From: Thermodesulfobacteriota bacterium
Lineage (GTDB): Bacteria > Desulfobacterota_D > UBA1144 > Nemesobacterales > UBA2774
DNA: 64,000 nt
Reading direction: 5' to 3'
Assembly: GCA_965216785.1 (NCBI GenBank)
Contig: OZ244197.1
Location: 2,336,001 to 2,400,000 of the forward strand
The stretch's first letter is position 1; each line of letters starts with the position of its first letter. The notes under the pieces were generated by a model that saw only the letters and a list, made by a program, of their open reading frames with translations, did no database searches and was not told the origin of the DNA. Below are positions 1 to 10,003 of this stretch, piece after piece. The position numbers and the translations under genes are program-made.

Positions 1-1
1 T

Positions 2-310
2 GTTTACGATGACCGTGTTAGGGTCTCCGGAATTGTGGTTCCGGGAACCATCACTCAAAAAACCGGCGAGCCTCTTACCTTTACCATAAAAGACGGCGAG
101 GAGACTGTGGATATTACCTATGAGGGTATTGTCCCCGATATTTTCAGGGACGATGTGGAAGCTGTAGTGGAGGGTGTATACACCCCCGACAATATCTTCG
201 TTGCGGACACGCTGCTCGCGAAGTGTCCCACAAAATATGAATCGACAGATTCACTCTACCAGGAGGCCGCAAAGGACGGCGGTCAGTATAAAGAGGGTAA
301 ACCTTACTGA
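2..310 (+). CDS. ccmE: Cytochrome c maturation heme chaperone CcmE (5'-truncated, CxxxY variant)
   Basis: Y.G.VPD.F...VEAVVEG and LAKCPTKY motifs; overlaps ccmF start (TGATG). Confidence 0.9.
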   Translation, partial: VYDDRVRVSGIVVPGTITQKTGEPLTFTIKDGEETVDITYEGIVPDIFRDDVEAVVEGVYTPDNIFVADTLLAKCPTKYESTDSLYQEAAKDGGQYKEGKPY

Positions 311-2316
311 TGGTAGAGATTGGCTCTATCTCCATATTACTTTCATTCTTAGTATCTGTTTACGTGCTGGCAGCGTCGCTCTACGGCGTTAAAGCCCGGA
401 GGCGGGACTTCGTTAAGAGCGCAGAGAACGGGGCCATCGCGGTTTTTGTCCTCATTCTGATCGCCACAGCCGTGCTCCTGTACTCGCTCATAAACCTTGA
501 TTTCAGCCTAAAGTACGTCGCTCTTAACACAAGCACCGATCTTGCAGTTATTTACCGTATTACCTCACTCTGGGCAGGGCAGGCGGGATCTTTACTGCTC
601 TGGTGTCTCGTTCTGGCTTTTTACACGGTTCTGGTCGTGATAGAGGGCAGGAATAAAAACCGTGAGCTCATGCCCTACGTCACAGCCACACTTTCTGTTG
701 TGCTGATATTCTTTATTTTCATCGTAGGGTTTGTAGAAAGCCCTTTTGAAAAACTACCCTTTACCCCAGTGCAGGGGAACGGGCTTAACCCGATACTACA
801 AAACGCTTATATGGCCATCCACCCGGTTACGCTTTATCTTGGCTACGTCGGTGTCACTGTGCCGTTTGCCTTTGCCATGGGAGCGCTCCTTTCCGGAAGG
901 CTCGGGGACGAATGGATAAGGCTCTCGCGCAAATGGGCGCTTATCGCCTGGACGTTCCTTGCCGTCGGTCTTCTGCTCGGCGCCCGCTGGGCGTATCTTG
1001 AGCTAGGGTGGGGCGGCTACTGGGCTTGGGACCCTGTAGAGAACGCGGCCTTTATGCCCTGGCTCGCGGCGACCGCTTTCATTCACTCCGTCATGATCCA
1101 GGAAAAAAAAGGCATGCTCAAGAAATGGAATATGATACTTATCATACTGACGTTCTTCCTTTCCATCTTCGGCACATTTATCACCAGGAGCGGCATCATC
1201 TCCTCAGTACACTCGTTCGCTCAATCGGATATAGGCCCGCTGTTCCTCGGGTTCATCGCGTTTATTCTCCTGTTTTCGTTCGCTATTTTTCTCTACCGCT
1301 CAAAGGAGCTTGAGAGTGAGAACCAGTTTGACTCGATCCTCTCAAGAGAGAGCGCGTTCATATTCAACAATTTACTTTTTCTGGGAGCTGCGTTCACCGT
1401 ATTCCTCGGCACCATATTCCCCATACTTTCTGAGGCTGTAGTAGGGCATAAGATCCTTGTAGGCTCTCCGTACTTTAACGCGGTGAATGTGCCGATCGCG
1501 CTCGTGCTGATATTCCTCATGGGCGTCGGCCCTGTGATATCGTGGCGCAAAGCCTCGAGAGAAAACCTGATAAAGAACTTCATGTACCCTGTCATACTCT
1601 CGGTGCTCACTGCGCTTGTACTCGTAGTACTCGGCATAAGAGACGTTACGGCTGTCCTTTCATACGCGCTCTGCATGTTCGTTACGGCGACGGTATTAAC
1701 AGAATTCATCAAAGGCGTAAGGGTGCGGAGCAAGAGGGGCGAGAACCCACTGCTCGCTTTCACCAGGTTAGTCTCAAGGAATAAAAGGCGTTACGGGGGC
1801 TATATCGTCCACCTGGGCGTAGTTCTCATAGTAGTAGGCGTCACCTCTTCGTCCGTGTTCGTGACAGAAAAACTCGTAACACTGAGCGAGGGAGAATCCG
1901 CGACCATTCGGGACTACACTCTCACCTTTAACGGTCTGGAGCAGTATACGACGGACGCGAAGAACGCGACTACGGCAGAGCTTTCTGTGTTTAAAGGACA
2001 AAATGACCTTGGTGTAATGGTCCCGGAGAAGAACCTCTATAAATACGAAGGCAACCGTGAGATCAATCAGGAGACCGAGGTTGCTCTCCGCTCCACTTTT
2101 ACGGACGATCTGTATCTTATCCTGAGTAACGTCGGCACGGACGGTACAGCTTCGTTCAGGGTCATCATAAACCCGATGGTAAGCTGGATATGGGCGGGCG
2201 GCGTAGTGCTGCTCCTTGGAGCGATCGTCACTATGTGGCCTTCGGGTAGAAAAAAGAGAGAGGAAGTATTCATAAGATACTCACTGGGTGAGAAGGACAT
2301 TACCGCAAAGGCATAA
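310..2316 (+). CDS. ccmF: Heme lyase CcmF/NrfE family
   Basis: WAGQAGSLLLW, HP..LYLGY, WGGYWAWDPVEN (WWD) and SVHSFA motifs; many TM segments. Confidence 0.96.
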   Translation: MVEIGSISILLSFLVSVYVLAASLYGVKARRRDFVKSAENGAIAVFVLILIATAVLLYSLINLDFSLKYVALNTSTDLAVIYRITSLWAGQAGSLLLWCLVLAFYTVLVVIEGRNKNRELMPYVTATLSVVLIFFIFIVGFVESPFEKLPFTPVQGNGLNPILQNAYMAIHPVTLYLGYVGVTVPFAFAMGALLSGRLGDEWIRLSRKWALIAWTFLAVGLLLGARWAYLELGWGGYWAWDPVENAAFMPWLAATAFIHSVMIQEKKGMLKKWNMILIILTFFLSIFGTFITRSGIISSVHSFAQSDIGPLFLGFIAFILLFSFAIFLYRSKELESENQFDSILSRESAFIFNNLLFLGAAFTVFLGTIFPILSEAVVGHKILVGSPYFNAVNVPIALVLIFLMGVGPVISWRKASRENLIKNFMYPVILSVLTALVLVVLGIRDVTAVLSYALCMFVTATVLTEFIKGVRVRSKRGENPLLAFTRLVSRNKRRYGGYIVHLGVVLIVVGVTSSSVFVTEKLVTLSEGESATIRDYTLTFNGLEQYTTDAKNATTAELSVFKGQNDLGVMVPEKNLYKYEGNREINQETEVALRSTFTDDLYLILSNVGTDGTASFRVIINPMVSWIWAGGVVLLLGAIVTMWPSGRKKREEVFIRYSLGEKDITAKA

Positions 2317-2374
2317 TTAACTAAGTCGGGCCCACTAAGGCAATACACAAGCTAAGGATAAAATAGGAATCAAT

Positions 2375-2908
2375 TTGGAAACACTAATAGTACTTTTTAT
2401 ATCGGGTCTTACGGCTTTATTCATTGCGCTTCCATTCTTCATCGGGAAAAGGGGCGAGGGCCTAGACAATATGAATACAGGCGGTACTGTAGATCCGGTC
2501 CATAAGCGCCTGAAAGCGCTTCACGCTCGTAAGGAGTCCCTATACTCCGCCATAAGAGATATTGATCTCGATTACGGTCTCGGGAAGCTTACGGAGGGCG
2601 ACTACGAAGAGCTGAGGCAAAAGTACAGAGTAGAGGCCGCCTCCGTGCTAAAAGAGATTGACGCTTTAGCCAAGGACCCGGTCGCGGGTGGTTTGGATGC
2701 CGAGATTGAAAGCGAAATTAAAAAGACAAGGACAGCGGTATCTCATAACCCGCAGGAAAATGAGATTGAAAACGAGATATTGAAGGCGAGAAAATCTATC
2801 CACTCAGAGTTCTCGGCCCCAAAGGGCTTAAGCTGTAAAGAGTGTGGTAATACATATACGGAAGATGATCTTTTCTGCTCCAAATGCGGAGCTAAATTAA
2901 ACGGATAA
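2375..2908 (+). CDS. CcmI-like membrane protein with C-terminal zinc ribbon
   Basis: N-terminal TM; DIDLDYGLGKLTEGDYEELR helix; CKECG...FCSKCG; follows ccmF. Confidence 0.7.
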   Translation: METLIVLFISGLTALFIALPFFIGKRGEGLDNMNTGGTVDPVHKRLKALHARKESLYSAIRDIDLDYGLGKLTEGDYEELRQKYRVEAASVLKEIDALAKDPVAGGLDAEIESEIKKTRTAVSHNPQENEIENEILKARKSIHSEFSAPKGLSCKECGNTYTEDDLFCSKCGAKLNG

Positions 2909-2910
2909 AT

Positions 2911-4416
2911 ATGAATATGGATAATCGAATACTAAGCGCGCTTACTTTATTGGTTCTGCTGCTGGCATCCTTCGCTCAGGCCCCGGTATCACATGCTCAA
3001 GGCGAGCCCCCTCAGGCCTCGGGCGGGGAGCTCTTTGTTCAGTACCGCTGCGTCAGGTGCCACACCATAGGCAGGGGCGTATTCGTCGGCCCCGATCTAA
3101 AAGGAGTGGGAGACAGGTACACAAAAGCTGAGATACTGAGGTGGATTGAGAACCCGCAGCTCATTTACAGCTCGAGCGGCAAGATGCCGGTAAACCCTGG
3201 TTTTCCTCCAATGCCGCCCATGCAGGTGCCTCCTCAAGTCGTCGAACCCATAGCTGAATATATTCTCTCCGCAAAGCCAGATGACGGTCCACAGGGCGGA
3301 GGAACGATAACGGGTAAGGTAGTAAACGGCGGAGACGGAGCCGTGAGGCCCGGAGTAAATGTTACCATCACACCGTTCATGGGGGATGTAGCGGGCACAC
3401 CGCAAACAATAACCTCAAGCGCCCAAGGGGATTTCACATTTACAGAGCTGCCCTGGAACAGAAGTTATGTGATAACGATTAACTACAAGGGCGCCGAGTA
3501 TTCCACAGACAAAATGGTGTTTAACCCCGGCGAAGATAAAAAGGCCCTTGATCTCCCGGTGTTTGAGCCCTCGCTTAGCGATGAGAACATAAGCGTCGAA
3601 GAGGCGCATCTTATCGTGCAGGTTCTTGACGGCAGCGTTACTGTGGCTGACCTCAAAGTGTTCAGCAACAAAGGCGATACGATTTATATAGGGGGCAAAG
3701 AGCTCTCGGACGGCCGGAAGGAATCGGTCAGATACAGCCTTCCTGAGGGGGCTTTCAACATAAACTTCATTCACGGCTTGGACAAAGAGGGCGTTGTAAC
3801 AACAGATACCGGTTTTTCAGATACAAAGAGCATCCTCCCGGGGCCCAGTAGGGCAGTCTTTTCCTACAACGTTCCCCTGGACCCCAAAAATACCGTAATA
3901 GATAAAACTATCCTATATCCGACTTCGACTTTTTTGCTGCTGATTCTGGAAACCGATAACGAATTTACGGTCAAGGGACTTAGCAAGCAAGAGCCGGTTG
4001 TAATAAATAATGAAAAGTTTCTCAAATGGACAGGCTCTGAGCTTGCAGCCGGGAGCGAAGTTGTGATCGAGATTAAATCCGCTCTTTCCTCTCAAGGAGA
4101 CTATGTTAAATGGGCCGCTCTGGGACTCTTAGCGCTCATAATCGTTGCCGGGGTCATTTATTCTATGTTTAGAAAAAATGAAGGGGGCACGGGTTCGGAT
4201 GGAGCGACGGAAGAATCCAAAGGTGAAGAATCTCAGGATGAAGAGTCGGATTTACTGCAGAAGCGCGGCGCGTTAATTCAGGAGATTGCCGCTCTCGATG
4301 ACAGGAACGAGTCGGGTAATATAGATCAATCCGAGTATAAAGAGCGTAGAGAAGAAAAGAAGAATGAGCTTTTGGAAATTACACGGAGACTGCGTGCTAC
4401 TCACAAGTCTCCGTAG
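2911..4416 (+). CDS. Membrane-anchored c-type cytochrome fused to a carboxypeptidase-regulatory-like beta domain
   Basis: Signal peptide, CVRCH, GPDL, MPPM candidate ligand, ITGKVVN beta domain, C-terminal TM. Confidence 0.8.
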   Translation: MNMDNRILSALTLLVLLLASFAQAPVSHAQGEPPQASGGELFVQYRCVRCHTIGRGVFVGPDLKGVGDRYTKAEILRWIENPQLIYSSSGKMPVNPGFPPMPPMQVPPQVVEPIAEYILSAKPDDGPQGGGTITGKVVNGGDGAVRPGVNVTITPFMGDVAGTPQTITSSAQGDFTFTELPWNRSYVITINYKGAEYSTDKMVFNPGEDKKALDLPVFEPSLSDENISVEEAHLIVQVLDGSVTVADLKVFSNKGDTIYIGGKELSDGRKESVRYSLPEGAFNINFIHGLDKEGVVTTDTGFSDTKSILPGPSRAVFSYNVPLDPKNTVIDKTILYPTSTFLLLILETDNEFTVKGLSKQEPVVINNEKFLKWTGSELAAGSEVVIEIKSALSSQGDYVKWAALGLLALIIVAGVIYSMFRKNEGGTGSDGATEESKGEESQDEESDLLQKRGALIQEIAALDDRNESGNIDQSEYKERREEKKNELLEITRRLRATHKSP

Positions 4417-5123
4417 ATAAACTGTAGAATAGAAAGAACCGAGACACTTGCGGTCTCGGTTCTAAGTACTCTGGGACCCAGACCCAGAGAGATGAAACCC
4501 ATTTCTTTAGCAAGGAGGACTTCATTGTCCGTAAACCCACCTTCCGGACCTATAAATAATATAATATTTTGGGGCGCTTGTAAAGTACTTTTAAGATGAT
4601 TTTTGACAGGTAGCTCAGTATTTACATGAAGTATTATCTGCATATCCTTGCTATCACTAGATAATAGTGCGGTTTTAAAGTCTAAAGTATTTTCGATAAC
4701 CGTGGGTTTGGTCCTTCCGCACTGCTTAGAGGCCTCTACGGCTATCTTTTCCCACCTCTTATGCCTGTCCCTTGAATGGGTCTGAACTCTCTCGGTAATT
4801 AAGGGAACCACTGCGCTTACCCCAAGCTCAGTCGCCTTCTCGACAATATAGTCCATCTTATCGCCCTTAGCCAAACCCTGATAAAGTGTAATGTTCAGAG
4901 GGGACTCTCTTTCTACTTTCTCACTTGCGTAAATCTCTACCTCAAGCTCGTTCTTTCCTATACTCGAGATCTTCCCGTAATATTCCATAGAGTCACGGTC
5001 AAAGAGCGTAATGTCGTCCCCGGCTCTTAGCCTCAGCACTTTTACAATGTGCTTTTGGTCAGGGCCGGAAATTACCGCCTTATTATCTTTTACACAATTT
5101 TTTTCTACTGGGAATCGCGGCAT
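4401..5123 (-). CDS. rsmE: 16S rRNA m3U1498 methyltransferase
   Basis: H..KVLRL, KATELGV, EASKQCGR, IGPEGGF, LGPRVLRTETA. Confidence 0.97.
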   Translation of the reverse strand: MPRFPVEKNCVKDNKAVISGPDQKHIVKVLRLRAGDDITLFDRDSMEYYGKISSIGKNELEVEIYASEKVERESPLNITLYQGLAKGDKMDYIVEKATELGVSAVVPLITERVQTHSRDRHKRWEKIAVEASKQCGRTKPTVIENTLDFKTALLSSDSKDMQIILHVNTELPVKNHLKSTLQAPQNIILFIGPEGGFTDNEVLLAKEMGFISLGLGPRVLRTETASVSVLSILQFIYGDL

Positions 5124-5153
5124 TTTACACCTGATCTGGATTAGATGAGACAG

Positions 5154-6671
5154 TTATTGAGAAAAGTGCTCCGATATAGCCTGGGAAAGAGCTTCTACAG
5201 TATATTTATCCGGCATTATCTCAGTATCGTACCCAAGCTCCCTCACCGTACCGGCTGTGATCGGCCCGATGCAGGCGATCACCGTATCTTTTGGAATTTT
5301 CCCTACCTGATCGAAAAAATTACGCGCGGTCGAGGAGCTGGTGAACGTTACCACATCGATCTCTCCGTCTTTAATAAGCTTTTTAATCCTCTTTGTATCA
5401 CTGCTGGGCGGCTGCACGGTTTCGTAGGAAGGGGCGACATCCACAATTGCCCCCATTCGTCTAAGCGTATCCGGCAGTATGGTTCGAGCCGCTTTAGCCC
5501 TTGGGACAAGAAATCTACGGCCCTCTACCTGCATGCCTGCGAATATCTCAATCAGCCCTTCGGCTCTGAAGTCCACGGGTACTTCGTCAACGCCGATACC
5601 GGCTCGTTCGAGCGACTCGGCTGTCTTTTCCCCGATTGCGGCTACCTTTATCCCGTAGAGCTCTCTTAAATCTTTTCCCTTCTCTCTCAGCCTTTTCAGA
5701 AACGCCGTTACACCGTTTACACTCGTGAACAATATCCAGTCATACTCCCTAAGGTTCTTTATAGCGCTGTCGAGCGCTCTGAAGCTTCCCGGCGCTGTGA
5801 TCTCTATCGTGGGATACTCGATAGCCCGGGCGCCTTCAGATTCGAGGAGACGCACGAAGCGCTCGGCCTGTTTTTTCGGTCTTGTGACCAGTATGTTTTT
5901 TGAAAAGAGCGGTTTTGTTTCGTACCAGCTCGCTATATCTCTTAGAGCTACAACGCCTCCGACCACCAAAATCGCGGGCGCACCCACGTCCTTTCTTTCT
6001 TTGGCTTTTCCGGCTATATCTCCCACCGTACCCGTGACCGTGACCTGCGAGGGGTAGGTGCCCCAGGTGATAATAGCGGCCGGCGTGTTCTTGTCTTTTC
6101 CTGCTTTAACGAGCCTTTTCATATTTTTTGCAAGGTTTCTGACCCCCATCAGGAATACCACCGTGCCTATCTCTGAAAGCGCTTTCCAGGGAACAGAGGT
6201 CTCGTCTTTCCCAGGGTTCTCGTGGCCCGTAACGACCGCGAATGACGACGTGTGGTCTCTATGCGTAAGCGCGATTCCAGCGTACGCGGGCACAGAAGAT
6301 GCGGAAGTTACTCCCGGCACAATCTCAAAGGCAATATTCTCTTTATGAAGGGCTTCAGCCTCCTCGCCGCCGCGTCCGAAAACAAAAGGGTCGCCACCCT
6401 TTAGCCGGGCAACGGTATTCGCTTCCCCGGCGTATTTAGCCAAAAGAGCGTTTATATCCTTTTGGGAAACTTCTTTCTTCCCGGCTTTTTTCCCGACATA
6501 GATGATCTTTGCGCCGTCTTTAGCGTGCTTGAGCAGAGCGGGATTCACAAGGTAATCGTAGACTATGACGTCCGCGCTCTCTAGAATCTCCTTCCCTTTA
6601 ATGGTTAAAAGCCCGGGGTCTCCGGGCCCTGCCCCAATCAGATAAACAACTCCGCTCTTTTTTATGGCCAT
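5154..6671 (-). CDS. cobA: Uroporphyrinogen-III C-methyltransferase / synthase fusion (CobA-HemD)
   Basis: GAGPGDPGLLT, RLKGGDPFVFGRGGEE, then HemD domain (ILVTRP, FTSVNGV, FTSSST); start moved to ATG 6671. Confidence 0.95.
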   Translation of the reverse strand: MAIKKSGVVYLIGAGPGDPGLLTIKGKEILESADVIVYDYLVNPALLKHAKDGAKIIYVGKKAGKKEVSQKDINALLAKYAGEANTVARLKGGDPFVFGRGGEEAEALHKENIAFEIVPGVTSASSVPAYAGIALTHRDHTSSFAVVTGHENPGKDETSVPWKALSEIGTVVFLMGVRNLAKNMKRLVKAGKDKNTPAAIITWGTYPSQVTVTGTVGDIAGKAKERKDVGAPAILVVGGVVALRDIASWYETKPLFSKNILVTRPKKQAERFVRLLESEGARAIEYPTIEITAPGSFRALDSAIKNLREYDWILFTSVNGVTAFLKRLREKGKDLRELYGIKVAAIGEKTAESLERAGIGVDEVPVDFRAEGLIEIFAGMQVEGRRFLVPRAKAARTILPDTLRRMGAIVDVAPSYETVQPPSSDTKRIKKLIKDGEIDVVTFTSSSTARNFFDQVGKIPKDTVIACIGPITAGTVRELGYDTEIMPDKYTVEALSQAISEHFSQ

Positions 6672-6886
6672 AATAGAAAGAAAACCGAAGCTCGTATATA
6701 AAGTCAAGAAATACAGCAGTGGCTGAGCGGCATAGGAGCGCGGAGATAAAAACAATATAGCTTAGCGAGGGGTTATTTACCCGGCCAAAAAATTCCTATA
6801 TCATGTTAGTATAATCATGGCAGCGGTTTTGGGTTAAAATGAGAAGCGAACCGGGAGTGAGATTTATTAGAGAGGAGGACAGTAAT

Positions 6887-7504
6887 ATGCTCGTACGCGA
6901 TTATATGACAAAAAAACCCACCACGGTAAGTCCTGAAGACCTGGCGGAAAAAGTTTATGTGATGATGAAAAAAGAAAATGTCAGACAGGTCCCTGTAGTC
7001 AAAAAAGGAGACCTTGTGGGCATCTTAACCATAGGCGACATAGAGGCGTTTATGGGCAGGGGCACAGAGCTCAAGGTTAAAGACGCTATGATCACAAACC
7101 CTCTTACTATCCTCGATTATGCCTCGGTTGAAGGGGCGGCGGAGATAATGAGGAGCAGAAAATTTAACGCTCTTCCGGTAGTAAACAATAAGAACGATCT
7201 TGTGGGCATAATAAGCGTGACTGACATTCTGGACGCCTTTCTCAATATGCTCAGCTTTCACGAAAAGCCCATCAGGCTCGAAGTCAACCTGGGGGATGAC
7301 GTAGGGCTTTTTGACGTGCTGTCAGTAGTACAATCAAACTCAGAGAAAGTTATTTCCTTCAGCGCGGCCACCCTGGACAGAAAGGTCTACTACTTCTGGG
7401 TCGTAAACTGCCGCTTCGGACATGTGCAAAAAGAGCTCGGGAAAATGGGCTGCACCTCAAACATCGTGTTCTCGGAAAGAGAAAACGAAGAATCACTTCG
7501 TTAG
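6887..7504 (+). CDS. CBS-pair protein (AcuB-like)
   Basis: Two CBS repeats (VRDYMT..P; LPVV...LVGIIS.TD); GAGGAGG RBS before ATG 6887. Confidence 0.85.
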   Translation: MLVRDYMTKKPTTVSPEDLAEKVYVMMKKENVRQVPVVKKGDLVGILTIGDIEAFMGRGTELKVKDAMITNPLTILDYASVEGAAEIMRSRKFNALPVVNNKNDLVGIISVTDILDAFLNMLSFHEKPIRLEVNLGDDVGLFDVLSVVQSNSEKVISFSAATLDRKVYYFWVVNCRFGHVQKELGKMGCTSNIVFSERENEESLR

Positions 7505-7542
7505 GATGCCTAAATTTTATATCCTGGTATAATTACGCTGAT

Positions 7543-7923
7543 ATGGAATCAGAAGATCTGGAATACATACTCGACCACTATAAGAATCCCAGGAACTACG
7601 GGACCCTTGAAGACCCGGACCTGAGCTATGAAGAGGGTATACCCTCTTGCGGCGATCTCATCAGGCTCGACGTCAAGCTCGACGGCGAAAAGGTAGAAGA
7701 CCTAAAGTTCTCCGGCACAGGGTGCGCCATAAGTCAGGCCTCCGTGTCGATACTAACAGAACAGGTAGCCGGTAAAGAGCTAAAAGAGATCACCGAGCTT
7801 ACCGATCAGGATATGCTCGACGCGCTCGGGAGAAGGATTTCACCCATAAGGTTTAAATGCGCGCTACTTGGGCTTAACGTGCTCAAAAAGGCCATAGCCC
7901 ACAAAAACAATAACGGGGGTTAA
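7543..7923 (+). CDS. sufU: SufU/IscU-type Fe-S scaffold / sulfur-transfer protein
   Basis: DHYKNPRNYG, PSCGD, GCAISQAS, RFKCA; adjacent to sufS. Confidence 0.9.
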   Translation: MESEDLEYILDHYKNPRNYGTLEDPDLSYEEGIPSCGDLIRLDVKLDGEKVEDLKFSGTGCAISQASVSILTEQVAGKELKEITELTDQDMLDALGRRISPIRFKCALLGLNVLKKAIAHKNNNGG

Positions 7924-7991
7924 TAGAGATCGAACGTTTAATCAAGCAGACCGAAAAATTTGACCCTCATAAGATTAAAGAAGATTTCCCC

Positions 7992-9176
7992 GTGCTTAAG
8001 CGGCTGGTTAACGGGAAGAGGCTCGTTTACCTTGATAACGCCGCTACCACTCAAAAACCGCTCAGCGTTATTGAGTGCATAGAGGATTACTACAAGCTTC
8101 ACAACGCTAACATTCACCGCGGCGTGCATACCCTTAGCTACGAGTCCACCGTCATGTACGAAGAAGGGCATAAAAAAGTTGCCGAGCTCATAGGGGCGAA
8201 AGACTGGAGAGAAATTATTTTCACCAGAAACGCTACCGAGTCCATAAACCTCATCGCCTACGGGTGGGGGCTGCACAACCTTCATGAAGGCGATGAAGTT
8301 GTCATCACTATTATGGAGCATCACTCAAACATAGTGCCCTGGCAGATGCTCAGAGACCTAAAGGGCATTACGTTAAAATACATAGACGTTGACGATCAGG
8401 GAAACCTTAAGCTGGATGATCTGCCAAAGCTCATAACAGATAAAACAAAACTTGTAAGCGTTATACACGCATCAAATGTAACGGGGGCGATTAACCCCGT
8501 GAAAGAGATTTCGCGCGAAGCAAAAAAAGCGGGCGCGCTCGTACTCGTGGACGCGGCTCAATCAGTTCCGCATATAGGTTTGAGCGTAGATGATTTGGGT
8601 TGCGATTTTCTCGTTGCCTCCGGACACAAGATGCTCGGGCCCACCGGGATAGGGTTTCTTTACGGCAGGACGGAACTTCTGGAATCTATGGAGCCTTTCA
8701 TGTACGGCGGCGATATGATAGAGAAAGTCACCATGGAAGCTTCCACCTGGAACGAGCTTCCCTGGAAGTATGAGGCCGGGACCCCGAATATCGAAGGCGG
8801 GATAGCGATAGGGGCGGCGGTCGATTACATGAACATGCTGGGGCTCGATAATATATACGCCCATGAAGAAGAGCTTACAGCCTATGCCTCTGAGAGGTTC
8901 TCTCAAATTCCGTGGATAAACACCTATGAGTCTGCAACAGGTCCGAGAGTAGGGGTGATATCCTTTAACGTCGAGGGCGTGCACCCTCACGACGTGGCGG
9001 GGACTCTGGACGAAGAGGGCATAGCGGTGCGCTCCGGACACCACTGCGCTCAGCCTCTGATGAAGAGACTTGGTATGGACTACGCCGCGCGCGTAAGCTT
9101 TTACCTTTATAACACCAAAGAAGACGTCGATCTGACAGTCAGGGCGCTAGAAAAGGCCAAAAAAATATTCGGTTAG
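7992..9176 (+). CDS. sufS: Cysteine desulfurase, SufS type (true start probably upstream)
   Basis: YLDNAAT, ANIHRG, SGHKM (PLP lysine), RSGHHCA. Confidence 0.96.
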   Translation: MLKRLVNGKRLVYLDNAATTQKPLSVIECIEDYYKLHNANIHRGVHTLSYESTVMYEEGHKKVAELIGAKDWREIIFTRNATESINLIAYGWGLHNLHEGDEVVITIMEHHSNIVPWQMLRDLKGITLKYIDVDDQGNLKLDDLPKLITDKTKLVSVIHASNVTGAINPVKEISREAKKAGALVLVDAAQSVPHIGLSVDDLGCDFLVASGHKMLGPTGIGFLYGRTELLESMEPFMYGGDMIEKVTMEASTWNELPWKYEAGTPNIEGGIAIGAAVDYMNMLGLDNIYAHEEELTAYASERFSQIPWINTYESATGPRVGVISFNVEGVHPHDVAGTLDEEGIAVRSGHHCAQPLMKRLGMDYAARVSFYLYNTKEDVDLTVRALEKAKKIFG

Positions 9177-9226
9177 TGTCTTTTACAGGAACTGTTGGGG
9201 CCAACACTTCTCACGCAGCTTTGTCT

Positions 9227-9243
9227 TGTCTTATAATCTGACA
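9227..9243 (+). promoter_or_regulatory. Enhancer-like site, copy 1 (TGTCTTATAATCTGACA)
   Basis: TGTC-N9-GACA dyad; reverse complement recurs at 29635 and 34701; 50 bp upstream of a sigma54 motif. Confidence 0.75.
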
Positions 9244-9292
9244 CAAGTCAATCATTTTACTCTAGAATCATCAATAATACTGGGATTTTAAA

Positions 9293-9308
9293 CGGCATGC
9301 ATATTGCC
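9293..9308 (+). promoter_or_regulatory. Sigma54 promoter for USP gene
   Basis: CGGCATGCATATTGCC = GG-N10-GC. Confidence 0.75.
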
Positions 9309-9453
9309 AATTATAATATTAGTATGATAACGCGCGATGTGTTATCATATATGTATGAACAATACGCGTTATCAAGCCAAGTTAAAGTAATACATTAGGT
9401 TTGTGGTATTGTCTGATTTTGACAGAGTTAACAATATGTTTAAGGAGGTTCTG

Positions 9454-9891
9454 ATGAAGATTGAAAAAATATTATTCCCGACCGATTTTTCTTTAAAATC
9501 ATTAAAAGCAAGAGAGTACGCGATCTATCTTGCCGGTATGCTGGATGCCACGGTGTTCATACTGCACGCGATCGAGCCTTTTGAGTACGATGAGCTTGAT
9601 GATGAGATAAAAGGGTTTTATAAGGATCTTGAGATTCAGCTCAAGGAAAAGATGGAGAAGGAAAAAGATGTATTCACTTCAAGCGGCATCGGAGTGCATG
9701 ACGATATAGTGATAGGGCCCAGATGGAGAGTCGTCAACACCTACGCGAGCGAGCACGCGATCGATTTAATCGTTATGGGATCTCACGGTGTAAAGACAGA
9801 AACCGGAGAGCTTTCGGTAGGCACGACGAGCCATAAGGTTATGTTCACTTCCCCTTGCCCGGTGCTGCTGGTGAGACACGGAAAAGAATAG
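9454..9891 (+). CDS. Universal stress protein (single domain)
   Basis: KILFPTDFS, DLIVMGSHG, VGTTS..V....PCPVL; AGGAGG RBS. Confidence 0.93.
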   Translation: MKIEKILFPTDFSLKSLKAREYAIYLAGMLDATVFILHAIEPFEYDELDDEIKGFYKDLEIQLKEKMEKEKDVFTSSGIGVHDDIVIGPRWRVVNTYASEHAIDLIVMGSHGVKTETGELSVGTTSHKVMFTSPCPVLLVRHGKE

Positions 9892-10003
9892 TATTAGAGA
9901 GAAAAGGGATATTTAAAAATGAGTTTTTCTCTGCCCTCATATAGTATATAATGTAAATACTCTAGGCGGAGATTACTTGTCTATCTATTTACAGGAGGAT
10001 TCT

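Noticed and set aside
5145-5669. 174-aa plus-strand ORF and other long antisense ORFs (e.g. 24309-25292, 31342-31947, 38776-39333)
   Set aside because: Shadows of well-supported genes on the opposite strand; no motifs
6818-6833. TGGCAGCGGTTTTGGG as a sigma54 promoter for the CBS gene
   Set aside because: GG instead of GC at -12 and no enhancer copy nearby
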